This document shows, in pieces, positions 1-11,275 of a stretch of DNA of 64,000 nucleotides. Position 1 is the first letter of the stretch. Each line of letters starts with the position of its first letter. The position numbers were made by a program, and so were the translations under genes. The DNA comes from Azolla caroliniana. Taxonomy: Eukaryota; Plantae; Polypodiophyta. The notes under the pieces were generated by a model, which saw only the letters and a program-made list of their open reading frames with translations, was not told the DNA's origin and ran no database searches. The DNA is taken from contig JBHGNT010000018.1 in assembly GCA_043228905.1 (NCBI GenBank), positions 14,632,001 through 14,696,000 on the forward strand, in the 5' to 3' direction.

Positions 1-192
1 GGGTTGTCTCCATTATCTTTCGCGCACTCTCTAGGTCTTCGGGTCTTCTTTCGAGTTGTCTGATTCATGCCGCCAATAATTCTTCCCAACTCATCTCATT
101 CTCCCATGGTATTGCTACCCATGAGGCGATCGTCCTCTTGATGGGCATTACTGGTTTCTGTCCATACATGAGCTCTGCTGGCATATAGCCTG

Positions 193-3100
193 TCACGGAA
201 CTGTGCGAGTTCTATTAGCCCACAATGCATAGGGCAATAATCGCGGCCAATTCCCAACTCGACCATCACATGCTCGTACGATGGCTTTGACTATTGGTTC
301 ATGCCCTCGGTCAATCTTCCCATTTGCTTCCGGATTATAGGTAGTTGTGAGGGAGAGGTTTACGCCTAGTCGCTCAAAGAGCTCCATTGCTTCATGTGCA
401 TCTAGCTCTCCTCGGTCGACCACTATCTTTCCCACACATCCATATCGGCAGACAACCTCTTCGAGTAGAAATTTGCATATGGCTGTCGTTGTCTTATTTG
501 CTAAGGCTCGTCCATCTACTTGGTTTGTTAGGTCTTCCCTCGCTAGTACCAAGTACTTCATCTGTCCCACTCCCATTGGCATCGAGACCAGATCCACCAT
601 CCATTTAAAGTGTATGGTGAGTGGGTATTGGTCGCAACCCATCACAGTGACGTATGTTCGAATGTACTTGAAAACTTTCGCATGTGGACATGAAATGTAG
701 TACATCTTTATACATGCTCGGCCACCAATACTTTTCCTTTAGCTTTTCAAACGTTGCCCATGTTCCTCTATGACTTGCCCATGGACTTTTGTGGAATTCA
801 GACATCAATGTTGTTTGGTCATCTTTCTTCACCACTACTCGTTGTGGCATCCCGATCCTTCTCTTTGGATGCTGCCAGAGGAATCCTCCCTTCAGAAAGT
901 ATTTCTAAGCTTTCTTTCGTATTTGTAGAGCCTCCTCCTTCGTCCATGAAGCATATGCCATCATCATTCTCAAGAATCTACCGATTAGTAACCACTCCCC
1001 TTCATACTCGTTCTCGTTGAAAGCGTGGAGGGTTGGTGGGCCTCTATCTTTTGCCGACAGTTGGGCTGCCTTAAAGAAGTCGAGGGCGACGTTTTCATCT
1101 TCTGAAACCATGTCACTTTCATCCTCGAATCTTGTTCTTGACAGCATATCAGCCATGGAATTCTTCTTCCCAGCAATGTGGCGGATTTCCGAGTTCAAAG
1201 AATTTATATAAGTGATCCACCTTAACATAGCCAGATCTGGTGTCGCACATCCGGAGATCATCCCAAGGATTGGGAGGCAATCCGTTTCAATTACCACCTC
1301 TGACCCGATCAGGTAGTCCAAGCTTGTCTACTTTTACTGCAGACACGATACCCCAAAGTTCCCGCTTTACTTGGGCGTATCCTCGTCGTCGTTTGCTAAG
1401 AACCTTTGCTCCAAACCAGATCGCGTACCGTATGCTATCTTCTCCTTCTTGGTTGATGACCCATCCAATTCCCGTTGGACTCGTATCTACTGTGACGTAG
1501 ATGGGCATCCCTTCTTTGTAGATAGCTTTCCTTAAAGTTGGTGCTGCCACCAGTAGCCCTTTTAACCTCTTCATCGCCTCTATGTGTATTGGTTCCCATT
1601 TGAATTTTCTCCCTTTTTTCAGTAAGCTATACAAGGGTTCGACCACATGAGCATAGTGCGGAATCCAAATGTGGTAGAACGCACATGCTCCTAAGAATCT
1701 TCGAACCTTTGTTTGCGTTCCACATTCCTCTCGCATCTCTTGAATAGCATTCACCTTCTCGGGAGAGGGTTTTCGTCCATATGGTCCACAAGAGATGTCC
1801 CACTACTAGGATCTCGCGTTGGCCAAATGCTGATTTTTCTTCGGAGAATGTGAGCCCTGCACCTTCTAGTCTTTCTAGCACTCTTCCATAGTCTTTAATA
1901 TGGTTTGAGACAAATCTTCGACATCCATCTTGATCTAAAGACTCGTCCTTCTCTGATTCGGGGCACCCCTTTATAGGGATATCATCCAGCAAAGGCATCG
2001 TAATATCTGGGATGCCGTCTCTTAGTACTTTGTTCATGGCATTCATCATGTGGGCCACTGAGTTAGTTGCCCCTTGCGGTAATGTACACATCCTTACTAG
2101 CCCGATGGGAGTCCGCATCGTTGTGATGTCTCGACTATCCAAAGAGAATTGAAATTGGTCGTATCCAGAATACAAGTCTCCAATCGAGTAAATTGACCTT
2201 CCTGCAAAAGCTTCAGCAAACTCATCAACACTAGGTCCAATACCAACATTACGAATGGTGACCTTGTTTACTGGTTGTAGATCTTGGATAAATCGAAGCG
2301 CTCCATTCTTTTTCGGCATTGTGAACCACCTATTTGAATAAGGCACATTAGATGGCTCAAGGATTCCCATTCTAATCTTTTCTTTTAAGAGCTCCAACAA
2401 TCTTGGAATGTGAGTTCTTGGAACGGGAATTGGCTTCAAGTTCCATGGCACATGGGGTATTGTAAAGATAACCATTGGTTCCACAAGCGTTGGGTCAACA
2501 CATTCGATTTCTTGTGGGGAAAAGGCAAATGCTTTCCCGTGTTGCTCCAACATTTCCCGGAACTTGAACTCTTCTTTGGGAAGCAAAAACTCACCCCCAC
2601 CAACTTTGAGCTTTCGTCGAGTTTCGTTGGTGAAGACATGCCCTACTCCTTTCGGGTCTCTAAGGCACGGATCTCGTGCTACCTCCTTTATTCGCTGTCA
2701 ACTGTCTTCAGGCAAGGGAGTAGCCACAGGTTTGACCTTATTATTCACAATCTTGTATTTGGTATTAACTTCGACTTCATCCGTCGCGACACCTTGTTCG
2801 TATTCGTCGATGGCGGTGTATAAGGCGACAGAGTTGATTGGAATTATTTTGTTGACTTGCAGTTTTGATTTGATGACTTTCTCCATTTCCCCAAGAGTAT
2901 CATCAAATGATATCATCTCCATGTACCCCTTTATTGCCTCTTCCTCGCTTATAATCCCGATTTCTCTAAATTGTTCCTCTAGGATTCCTATTTTAATATC
3001 TCCTCTATTAATGTTGTTAAATTTACACATCCCATTTTCAGAAAACAAGACTTCATTTTCATTAATGGGGTGACAACTTTTATTACACTGAATTGGGGAC

Positions 3101-5227
3101 ATAGTTAGATGTCCCGGACTATTGTTGTCCCTCTCCCTAATAGCCCGAATTAAAAATCCTCCCTAACTTCTTTCCCTAAGCTATGCCTATTTCTTTCATG
3201 GTTTGGTCGTACCGTGAGGAATTGAACCAAGCTTGTCCCATCTTGACTTCATATCCGCACATATGCTGAACCATTATCAAGTACCTTTGTCTCCATCCAG
3301 GATGTTGTTATGTAAGGCTCGCCAAGGATGACAAGATGTGACACCGATTCCTGTACAAAGAAGTGTTGATCATGCTCAACGTCACCAATAGTTACCTTAA
3401 CGTTAGGGCAGGCCCCATGAAGCTCTTCTATCGCCCTAGTTGCCGCTTGAATCTTCCACCCATGCCTAGTATTAATGGGCCTGCGACCCTTTCGATAGAA
3501 GTCAAGAGACATGAGGTTGATCTCCGAGCCATGATCAATGAGCGCCACCACTGAATCTTTCAAATCTCCCATCCGCACTGGTGTCTCGGTAGTAGCCCTA
3601 GCCTAATGTGTCCTTGCAAAATGGCTATCGACAAATTCTTGTTCAGTTTCGAGACCTTCCGTTGTGATAGCGCTCGTCGAGACATTTGCCGGTCTAGTCT
3701 CTTCCTTTTTATTAAGTCAATGATGACATCATGACATTCTTTCTTTGCAATTCCTAAGACCTCTCGTAGTGTGAACTTGATTCAGCTATCTAGGATTCTT
3801 TCTTCCATCACACGCTTAAGGTCGGTGGATTGCTCTATCTCCGAGCGTAGTTTGAATGCTGGTCTGATTCTTTCCTTCCCTCTTTCGGTTATCGTTTGGG
3901 GCGGTGACGATTCCTCCCTTCTTCGAACAACTTCTCTTGTGTCATGTTTCTTTGAAGGGCCTGATTGGTCATCTGGTCTTTTTCGTTTCTCTTCAACTAG
4001 GACATTGTAGTTTTGACACATGGCCTCGACGAAGCTAGACTTCTCCTCCATAGGGTCCTCCCATCCCTTCATTTCTTGGACTCTTCGTTCTGCTTTGAGT
4101 GCCTCGTTCATGCAGAGCCTCCCTTTTTTGACTTGATTCAATATGATTGGCCAAAATTCTCCTACTTGAGATTCTTGGGCTCTCGTCTCGTGTCCAGCCC
4201 GAATTCCAGTTGATGAGGAATAGTAAATACTATTCACTTTGTTTTCTTCCATTTCCTCCATCAACTTCTTCATACCTCCTCGGCCGAAGTTGGTGTTGAG
4301 AGGACGTTGTGTCATCGAGGAGTGAATACGATTGTTGGAGAGATAATTGATATCTCGTCGGAGGGCATTTTGGAATTCTGAGCAATCTCTCCGCTGGTGT
4401 TCCAAGGAGTCACACCAAATACACCTACGGGGAAAGTCCAAGCGACGACCTGGAAAACTTTGAGTTTCCTCCTTTCTAATTTGAGAAATTCTCATCTCTC
4501 GAAGCATGTCTACAAGTTCATCCATTCTGGCTCCATCTGTGGGTTGAGCCAATTCATTATCCCTTGGTCCTTGGGCTTGTGGTTCTTGTCTCGTGTTGTG
4601 AGCTTGCCGGCCAATTTGAGCTGCAACATTCGATCTTGTTTCGTTGTCCCATTGTCGATGCTTATCAAAATGTCCACATGCTCTCTTCACTGCTGCCCAG
4701 TCAGAAATGAGGCCTTCATCATTCTCTAATAGTAGCCCAAGATCTCTTCGATCTTTCTCATCTACTGATTTGATAAATAGGAGCACCTTGTTGGAATCAA
4801 GAATAGTTTTGTCAAGTGCAGGAAAACGATCAAATCTTTGCTCGAACTTGTGGAGCGTCGCACTCGCACTCAACTCTTTGTTAGAAGAATCCACCTAGTC
4901 CATTAAATCTTTCTTCGTCATTCGAGATGAGTCACCGAACCCATATTCTTCAAGTAAACTTTGTTCGAAAGATGACCATTCAGGATTGACCTCTTGTAGC
5001 TCTAGGACCCGAGAGTAAAGACTTGAAGTTACAATCCTTGAGAAGCTTGCCACTTGTCTTGCCATAGAAATACCCTTTTTCCGCATTTTTGTTTTGTACG
5101 TTTCAAGGTATCGTGTCACATCTCTACCATCAAAGCATCTGTTGGCATCCACGATCCTATCGATGGCAACATCAAGGCCTGCGACATTGTCTCTCTCTTG
5201 AAGCATTTGGTCCATCATCCTCACCAT
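193..5227 (-). pseudogene. gag-pol polyprotein of the gypsy element, fragmented by stops and frameshifts
   Basis: Successive ORF fragments 4895-5227, 3782-4894, 3249-3578, 1627-2586, 1287-1754, 905-1321, 605-850 and 193-705 carry the gypsy domains in canonical order. Confidence 0.9.
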
Positions 5228-5293
5228 TGCTTATGCTAGACTATCATTAGAGTCTCTAGCACTTGAAGTTCCGGCCATCCTCCCTTGCCATTC

Positions 5294-5311
5294 TTCATGT
5301 CGGGTTCACCA
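5294..5311 (-). promoter_or_regulatory. Primer-binding site complementary to the tRNA-Trp 3' end
   Basis: + strand TTCATGTCGGGTTCACCA matches the plant tRNA-Trp 3' end (TTCACGTCGGGTTCACCA) at 17/18 and lies 5 nt from the LTR edge TGTCG at 5317. Confidence 0.8.
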
Positions 5312-5316
5312 ATTAA

Positions 5317-5474
5317 TGTCGCGGAAATCCGCACTTGCGGGTCAGTCAAACGGGACAACCGGGGTCTTTGACCAAGGAGGATGGATCGGGTGACTTGTGC
5401 TTGTAAGGAGTCGACCGTTGTTTAGGTTTACAATCGGGTCGTTCTTGTTGTCGAAGATGCTTGTGTGGGTTGAC

Positions 5475-5512
<38 letters not shown>

Positions 5513-6320
5513 AAGAGATTGTGAAAATATTTACCGCACCACAAAGATGTCGTGAAGCACGCTACACATGTGCCAAATGTTGCGATGTGCGCGTTACACG
5601 TGCGCAGACAAGCACCGGCCTCTATCCGCAAGTGGTGATGGAGGACCGAAAGGATCGTTGAAGACAATGGAACGGTGGAAGGATTAGTGCTTGCGAGAAG
5701 TATTAAAGATAGATATGGACTAGAATCCCAACTCCCGGTTTGAACTTTTGACTTCAAAGTTGAGATACAAGACACATTGCAAATGAGATAACTAGGATTT
5801 ATTAATTATTATTGATTGCATACATTACTTGATTTCCTTTCCCTTCCTCTCCTTCTTATATAGATGTCCCCATGCATATGTGCATGTGACGGTGTAGTAC
5901 ATGCATACAATGCATGAAATGCATGAAATGCATGTGATGCATGAACGCCAAATGGCAATCATGCATCACATGCAATGCATGATGACCATGTACCTCATCC
6001 AAGCTCTCATGTACCAATAGTTCGTGTGAAAAGTACAATGAAGAAAATAAGTTTTAAAGGAAATAACCTAGTCTAATGGTATGTCAATTGCCTACTATCT
6101 TAGAGCTGTAAGGTTCAAACCCTTACTTGTACCTCATTGTTATGCGTTAGGCTTATTTTATATATTTGTGTAATGAACACCTAAACACACATTACACGTT
6201 CACATTCATGTGTTTAACATACACATCTAACCATCACTCCTTTCATACGTGTGCATATTGTATCTTCTTGATTTCCCTCGTTCCACGCGATTTTCACACT
6301 ATTGCAAAATCTTCACGACA
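5317..6320 (-). repeat. 5' LTR (possibly composite) of the gypsy element
   Basis: TGTCG...CGACA termini followed by ACGT (6321-6324). The part from 5548 resembles the start of the LTR at 22754. Contains a (GA)n tract and an ATGCAT-rich core. Confidence 0.75.
6066..6130 (+). other. tRNA-like (Pol III A/B-box) module inside an LTR
   Basis: A-box-like TAGTCTAATGG (6069-6079) and T-arm hairpin GTAAGG-TTCAAAC-CCTTAC. No clean acceptor stem. Confidence 0.6.
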
Positions 6321-7364
6321 ACGTAATGGGATACCTCCCCATATCCTAGTAGCTTATAAGGGAGACGGCTACAACGGAATTCCTTAGACAATGCACTAGT
6401 AACATCACTCGTACTCACGTCTACGCCCTTACGATTACAATACGCCACCAAGAATCATAGAAACACAATAGATTAACCACAGATATGCACAAGAATAAGA
6501 GAAGATAGTACTCTATTAAGATAATGCTCTATGCACCCAAATTTACATGCTACCTCTTATAGAGGATTTCTACCCTTTATATACACAGGGTCTTTTAGCC
6601 GTTCATGCTTCCCGCGTGAACTGTTACATGCGTTACGTTTTTATTATATTCTATATTTCTGCGCTCTTGTCCGTCGGTTACTGTTCCGGCAAACAACAAC
6701 AGATGGGGAGTATTCTCCGAAATATTGCTCCAGAATGTGGTGCTATAGAGCGTCGACATCATGTTCGCCCCCATGCTTCAAACTAAGCGCTGAGCGGATT
6801 TGATTATTGGTGATGGTGTCAGGATGCACCCTCATGGCGACTGCTTGTGCATCGGGGTATGGAGCGGCATCGATGATGCAGAGATATCCTCCCAAGCCAT
6901 GCCTGCTGAGCCAAGTGCAGAGTTTGGTGGATACTTTGATCATCATGGTTGTGTCCGAAAAGCAGGAAGGCGAGCAAGGATGGGAGTGAGGAGATAGAGA
7001 TCGAGAGAGCGCTTGGGTGTAAGGAGTTTGAGAGCGAGAGGGAGTTTGAGCAAACGATGAGAGAGCTTGGTCGTGTTTGCAAAAGTGAGAGCTCTGCCTG
7101 TGTGTGCCCCTCTTATATCTGTGCCTCGGTTCTCGAGTCATGGCCCTATGCCCTAGATTCAGAATCTTCCTTGCCATATTGGGAGTAAGGAACATGTGTC
7201 GTGTGAACCGTTAGTACTTGTTTTTTTCGTATGGCGTGCATGGCCTTTAAATAGTGAGTGGGTCTTTTTTTTTCCATAACTAAGTAGGTAGGAATTTACT
7301 ACGAAAGAAGCTCGCTGGAAGGACCGGGAGTCCGGAACTGATCCGAAGGCCTTGGTTATGGAAG

Positions 7365-10300
7365 ATGACCACAACTCGGGATGAGGTTGGTATTGGAGTC
7401 CCCAAAACCGGGACAAATCGGGGACGAGGTCGAAGTCAAGGGGGAGGCCTACTTGCTTCTACTGTGGGAAGCCGGGGCACTTCAAAGGTTCGGATTGGAA
7501 GGGAACGTCGGCAACCGCGACAAGTGAAGAAGAATTGCTGCTCATCACCAAGGAGAATGATTTAAACCTTGTCAATGACGAGACAATGTGGGTTGTCAAT
7601 TCCGGAGCGTCGTTCCACCTGACACCGAACCAGAGATGTTTGTCATCCTACATAGTCGGAGATCACATTTGTGTCGGAATGGGGAATGAAGGGACCTGTC
7701 GAGTCATCGACATAAGAGATGTGTTGTTGATGACATCAACTGGATGCAAATTGTTGTTGAAGGATGTCCGACACGTTCCAGAGGTTCGGTTGAACCTGAT
7801 ATCAGCTAGTCGCCTAGATGATGAAGGCTACATGGGTAGCATCCGGAACGGAGTCATGAAGTTCAGCAAGGGAAGCTTGATTGTGGCTCAATCCCGGAAG
7901 ATCGACACATTGTACCTGATGCATGCCGTTTATGTCGGGAAGAAATGAACCTAGCATCCGACGCTGCCGGTGAGCTGTGGCACAAGAGACTGTGTCATAT
8001 GAGCCAGAAGGGGATGAGAAGACTTGCCAAAGACAACCTCATTTTGGAGGTGAAAGACGTGCATCTTGAGAAGTGCATTGATTGCTTAGTCGGCAAGCAA
8101 AACCTAACCTCCTTCCGGTAAAGACTCAAGACCACCGATGAGATAGAATGCATCACTGGAGCTAGTGCATACCGATGTCTGTCAAGTGGACACAAAGTCA
8201 CATGCCGGATCGCAGTACTTCGTGACATTCATAAACGACCACAGACAAAGCTGTGGGTCTCACCGTGGAACTCCAAAAGAGAAAGCGATCGGAAGCTGAA
8301 GGCGGTTCGAGTAGATAACGGAGGAGAATACCGGGGGTAGTTTGAGGAGTACTGCCGGTCGAAGGGAATACGGCTCGAATTCACCATGCTGAAGACGCCT
8401 GAACTAAATGGGCTGGCCGAATAGATGAATTGGAACGTGATGGAGAGAGTCCCGAGCATGTTGGCACATGCAAAGCTACCCAAGACGTTTTGGGCTGAGG
8501 CGCTGTTGACGGCGACGTATGTGATAAACAGATCACCCTCACCACCCTTGGACAGAGACACACCATAGAGAGTATGGACCGGTAAAGACCTGCCTTACCA
8601 GCATCTGAAGGTGTTCGGGTGTCTCACATATGTGCATGTTGCAAAGGACAAGAGAGAATAGCTGGATCCGAAGTCCAGGCCATGCATATTCCTCAGATAC
8701 GGTGATGATGAGTTTGGTTACCAGGTGTGGGATCTGGCCGACAAGCAGGTGTTTTGGAGTCGGGACATAGTCTTCATGGAAGACAGGACCATTGCCGACT
8801 GGGAGTCAGAGAAGAAGGTGATGAACTCCGGATCATCCAATGAAAACCGGCTTGAGGACACAAGGACTTTCCTGGTTGAAAACCAGATGTTAGCAGGGAA
8901 CCGGATGACACTCGATGAACCGACCGGATTCAGACAAGAAACTAAACCGATGGAAGATGATGAAGAAGAAGACATCGGAACTGGACAAGATCCCGAATCG
9001 GATTCGGATTCGGAACAAACGGAGGAACCGGTAGTTAGAAACCAAGGACGATGATACCCTCTCAGAGAGAGAAGAGCCCCTTGGAGATTTCCGGATGCAG
9101 AGCACATATTGCTGACCGATGAGGGGGAGCCAATAAGCTTCAAAGAAGCAAAGAAAGACACCCACAACCGCAAGTGGTTAAGTGCCATGCAGGACGAGAT
9201 GGATTCCCTACAACAGAACCACACATATGAATTGACGGAGTTACCGAAAGGAAAGAGGGCATTCCGGAACAAGTGGGTGTACAAGTTGAAGCTGGGAGAC
9301 GCCGGAAATCCACCGGGGTACAAGGCCCGTATCGTGGTGAAGAGTTTCCAACAAAAGAAAGGTGTGGATTTCGATGAGATATTTGCCCCGGTTGGAAAGA
9401 TGACATCCATCTGGATGGTATTGAGCATAACGGCAAGCATGGACCTCGAGGTAGAGAAATTGGACGTCCAGACGACATTCCTACATGGTGACCTCGAAGA
9501 AGAGATCGCATGCATCAACAAGAAGGATTTGAGAGGAAAGGGAAGGAGCACTTGGTATGCCGGCTAAAGAAGAGCTTATATGGATTGAAGCAAGCCCCCC
9601 CGGCAATGGTACCGGAATTTCGACTCCTTCATGACCGGCCAGAGTACCAGAAGATGCAGGCTAATCATTGCGTGTTTGTGAAGAAATTCGAAGGAGGAGA
9701 TTTCCTGATACTCCTCCTTTATCTGGATGATATGCTGATCGTCAGACGAGACCAAGTCAAGATACAGATGCTCAAGAAGGCTCTGAACCGGACCTTCTCA
9801 ATGAAAGACTTGGGTCCGGCAAGACAGATATTGGGAATGCACATCATCCGGAACCAGTCAAAGAAGTTGTTGTGGTTGTCACAGGAAAAGTACGTGACAA
9901 AGGTACTCCAAAGGTTCAACATGTCGGAGGTGAAACCGGTCCGATCGACACTCCCAGCAAATTGCAGATTGTCCGAAAAGCAAAGCCCGAAGACAAAGGA
10001 AGAGAAGTTGGATATGATGAAGATACCATATGCCTCTGCCATCGGAAGCTTAATGTACGCAATGGTATGCACTCGGCCGGATATTGCATATGTTGTTGGA
10101 GTAGTCAGCCATTTCATGAGCAACCCGGGAAGAGAGCATTGGAACATGGTCAAGTGGATACTTTGGTATCTAAAAGGCACCTCGAGTATGTGCCTCCGGT
10201 TTGGCTCTGGTAAAACCCAAATTGACGGATTGACGGATTCGGATATGTCGGCTGATGCGGATACCAATTGGTCCACATCCGGATATGTCATGACTTACGC

Positions 10301-11275
10301 AAGGGGAGCTGTATCATGGCAATCGAGGTTGCAGAAGTCCGTTGCACTGTCGACAATGAAAGCAGAGTACATGGCAGCTGTGGAAGTTGGCAAGGAGATA
10401 CTCTGGATGAAGGACTTCATTGGAGAGCTAGGGATCCAATAGGAGGAATTCTGGCTCTACTGTGACAGTGAAAGTGCCATCCACCTTGCGAAGAATGTGG
10501 CCTACCATTCCCGGACCAAGAACATCCAAAAGAGATATCACTAGCTCTGGGAGAAGGTAGAAGATCAAGACTTCGTGCTGACAAAGATCCACATGAAGGA
10601 GAACGGATCGGATATGCTGACCAAGGTGCTTTCAACCGACAAGCTAAACGTGTGCCAGAAACGGATCGGATTAACGAGAAATCCCATGCCAGAGTGAAGG
10701 GGGAGTTTGTTGGGAATTCAGTCCCTCCGGATGGGATCCGGAGGAGCCAGATGAAGAAGCCAGATTCAAAAGGGTTGTGGATAAGATCCGGAAACTGGAA
10801 CAAGTGAATCCGGATGGATCTGGTGCAAACAGGATCCAAGGACATATATTGTAAATATGTTAGAGTAAGCCCATTGAGGCTATATTTGTAAATATCCTAA
10901 AATTCATAAATATAAATATGACTTACATCAATCACTTTATAGTGTGAGAATCGTAGAAGGTTGTTGTTGTATATTGTTAGAGATATAGAGCGATAGTCTG
11001 TTGTAACCGCCGCTTGGTGAAGATACAGAGCTCGAGGTCGTTGCCACCGACCGAGTCTTTGATTATATCTTTCTCATATAATTATAGTTTGGAGTCTATG
11101 GGCTCTCGTGGTTTTTCCCTCTTTAGGGTTTTCCACGTAAACATTCTGGGTTCTCTATCGTTGTTTGTATGTGTACGTGCGTTCACTCTCTACTTCCCAT
11201 TTCTTTGTTTGATTCTCATTGAAGTGATTCAAGACTCGGTTGTGGCTGAGCAACATTCCGCACCATTTCCTTTCA
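7365..11275 (+). mobile_element. Ty1/copia (Tnt1-like family C1), 5'-truncated and decayed, with 3' LTR 10708-11275
   Basis: Protease WVVNSGASFH, integrase, RT (LYGLKQAP, LYLDDML) and RNase H fragments; PPT GTGAAGGGGGAG just before TGTTGGG at 10708. Homologous to 46987-52178. Confidence 0.9.

Larger units (their letters stand above)
1..6320 (-). mobile_element. Ty3/gypsy LTR retrotransposon (non-chromovirus, possibly Phygy-like), decayed; 3' end runs off the window
   Basis: Minus-strand order: gag (CIWCDSLEHQRRDC knuckle, 3782-5227), protease (ALIDHGSEIN, 3249-3578), RT (FIQDLQPVN...DLYSGYDQ...LPQG...LLDD, 1627-2586), RNase H (VDTSPTGIG, ETDC, 905-1754), integrase (WMVDLV...VVDRGE...NPEANG, 193-850). 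PBS and LTR lie at 5294-6320. Confidence 0.92.

Noticed and set aside
6325-7360. Possible gene or LTR between the gypsy and copia elements
   Set aside because: Looks like LTR/UTR debris, but no termini, partner repeat or protein motif could be fixed.
8718-10291. Long minus-strand ORFs (277 aa, 190 aa) and similar ORFs at 52983-53633
   Set aside because: Antisense to copia pol, a by-product of codon bias.
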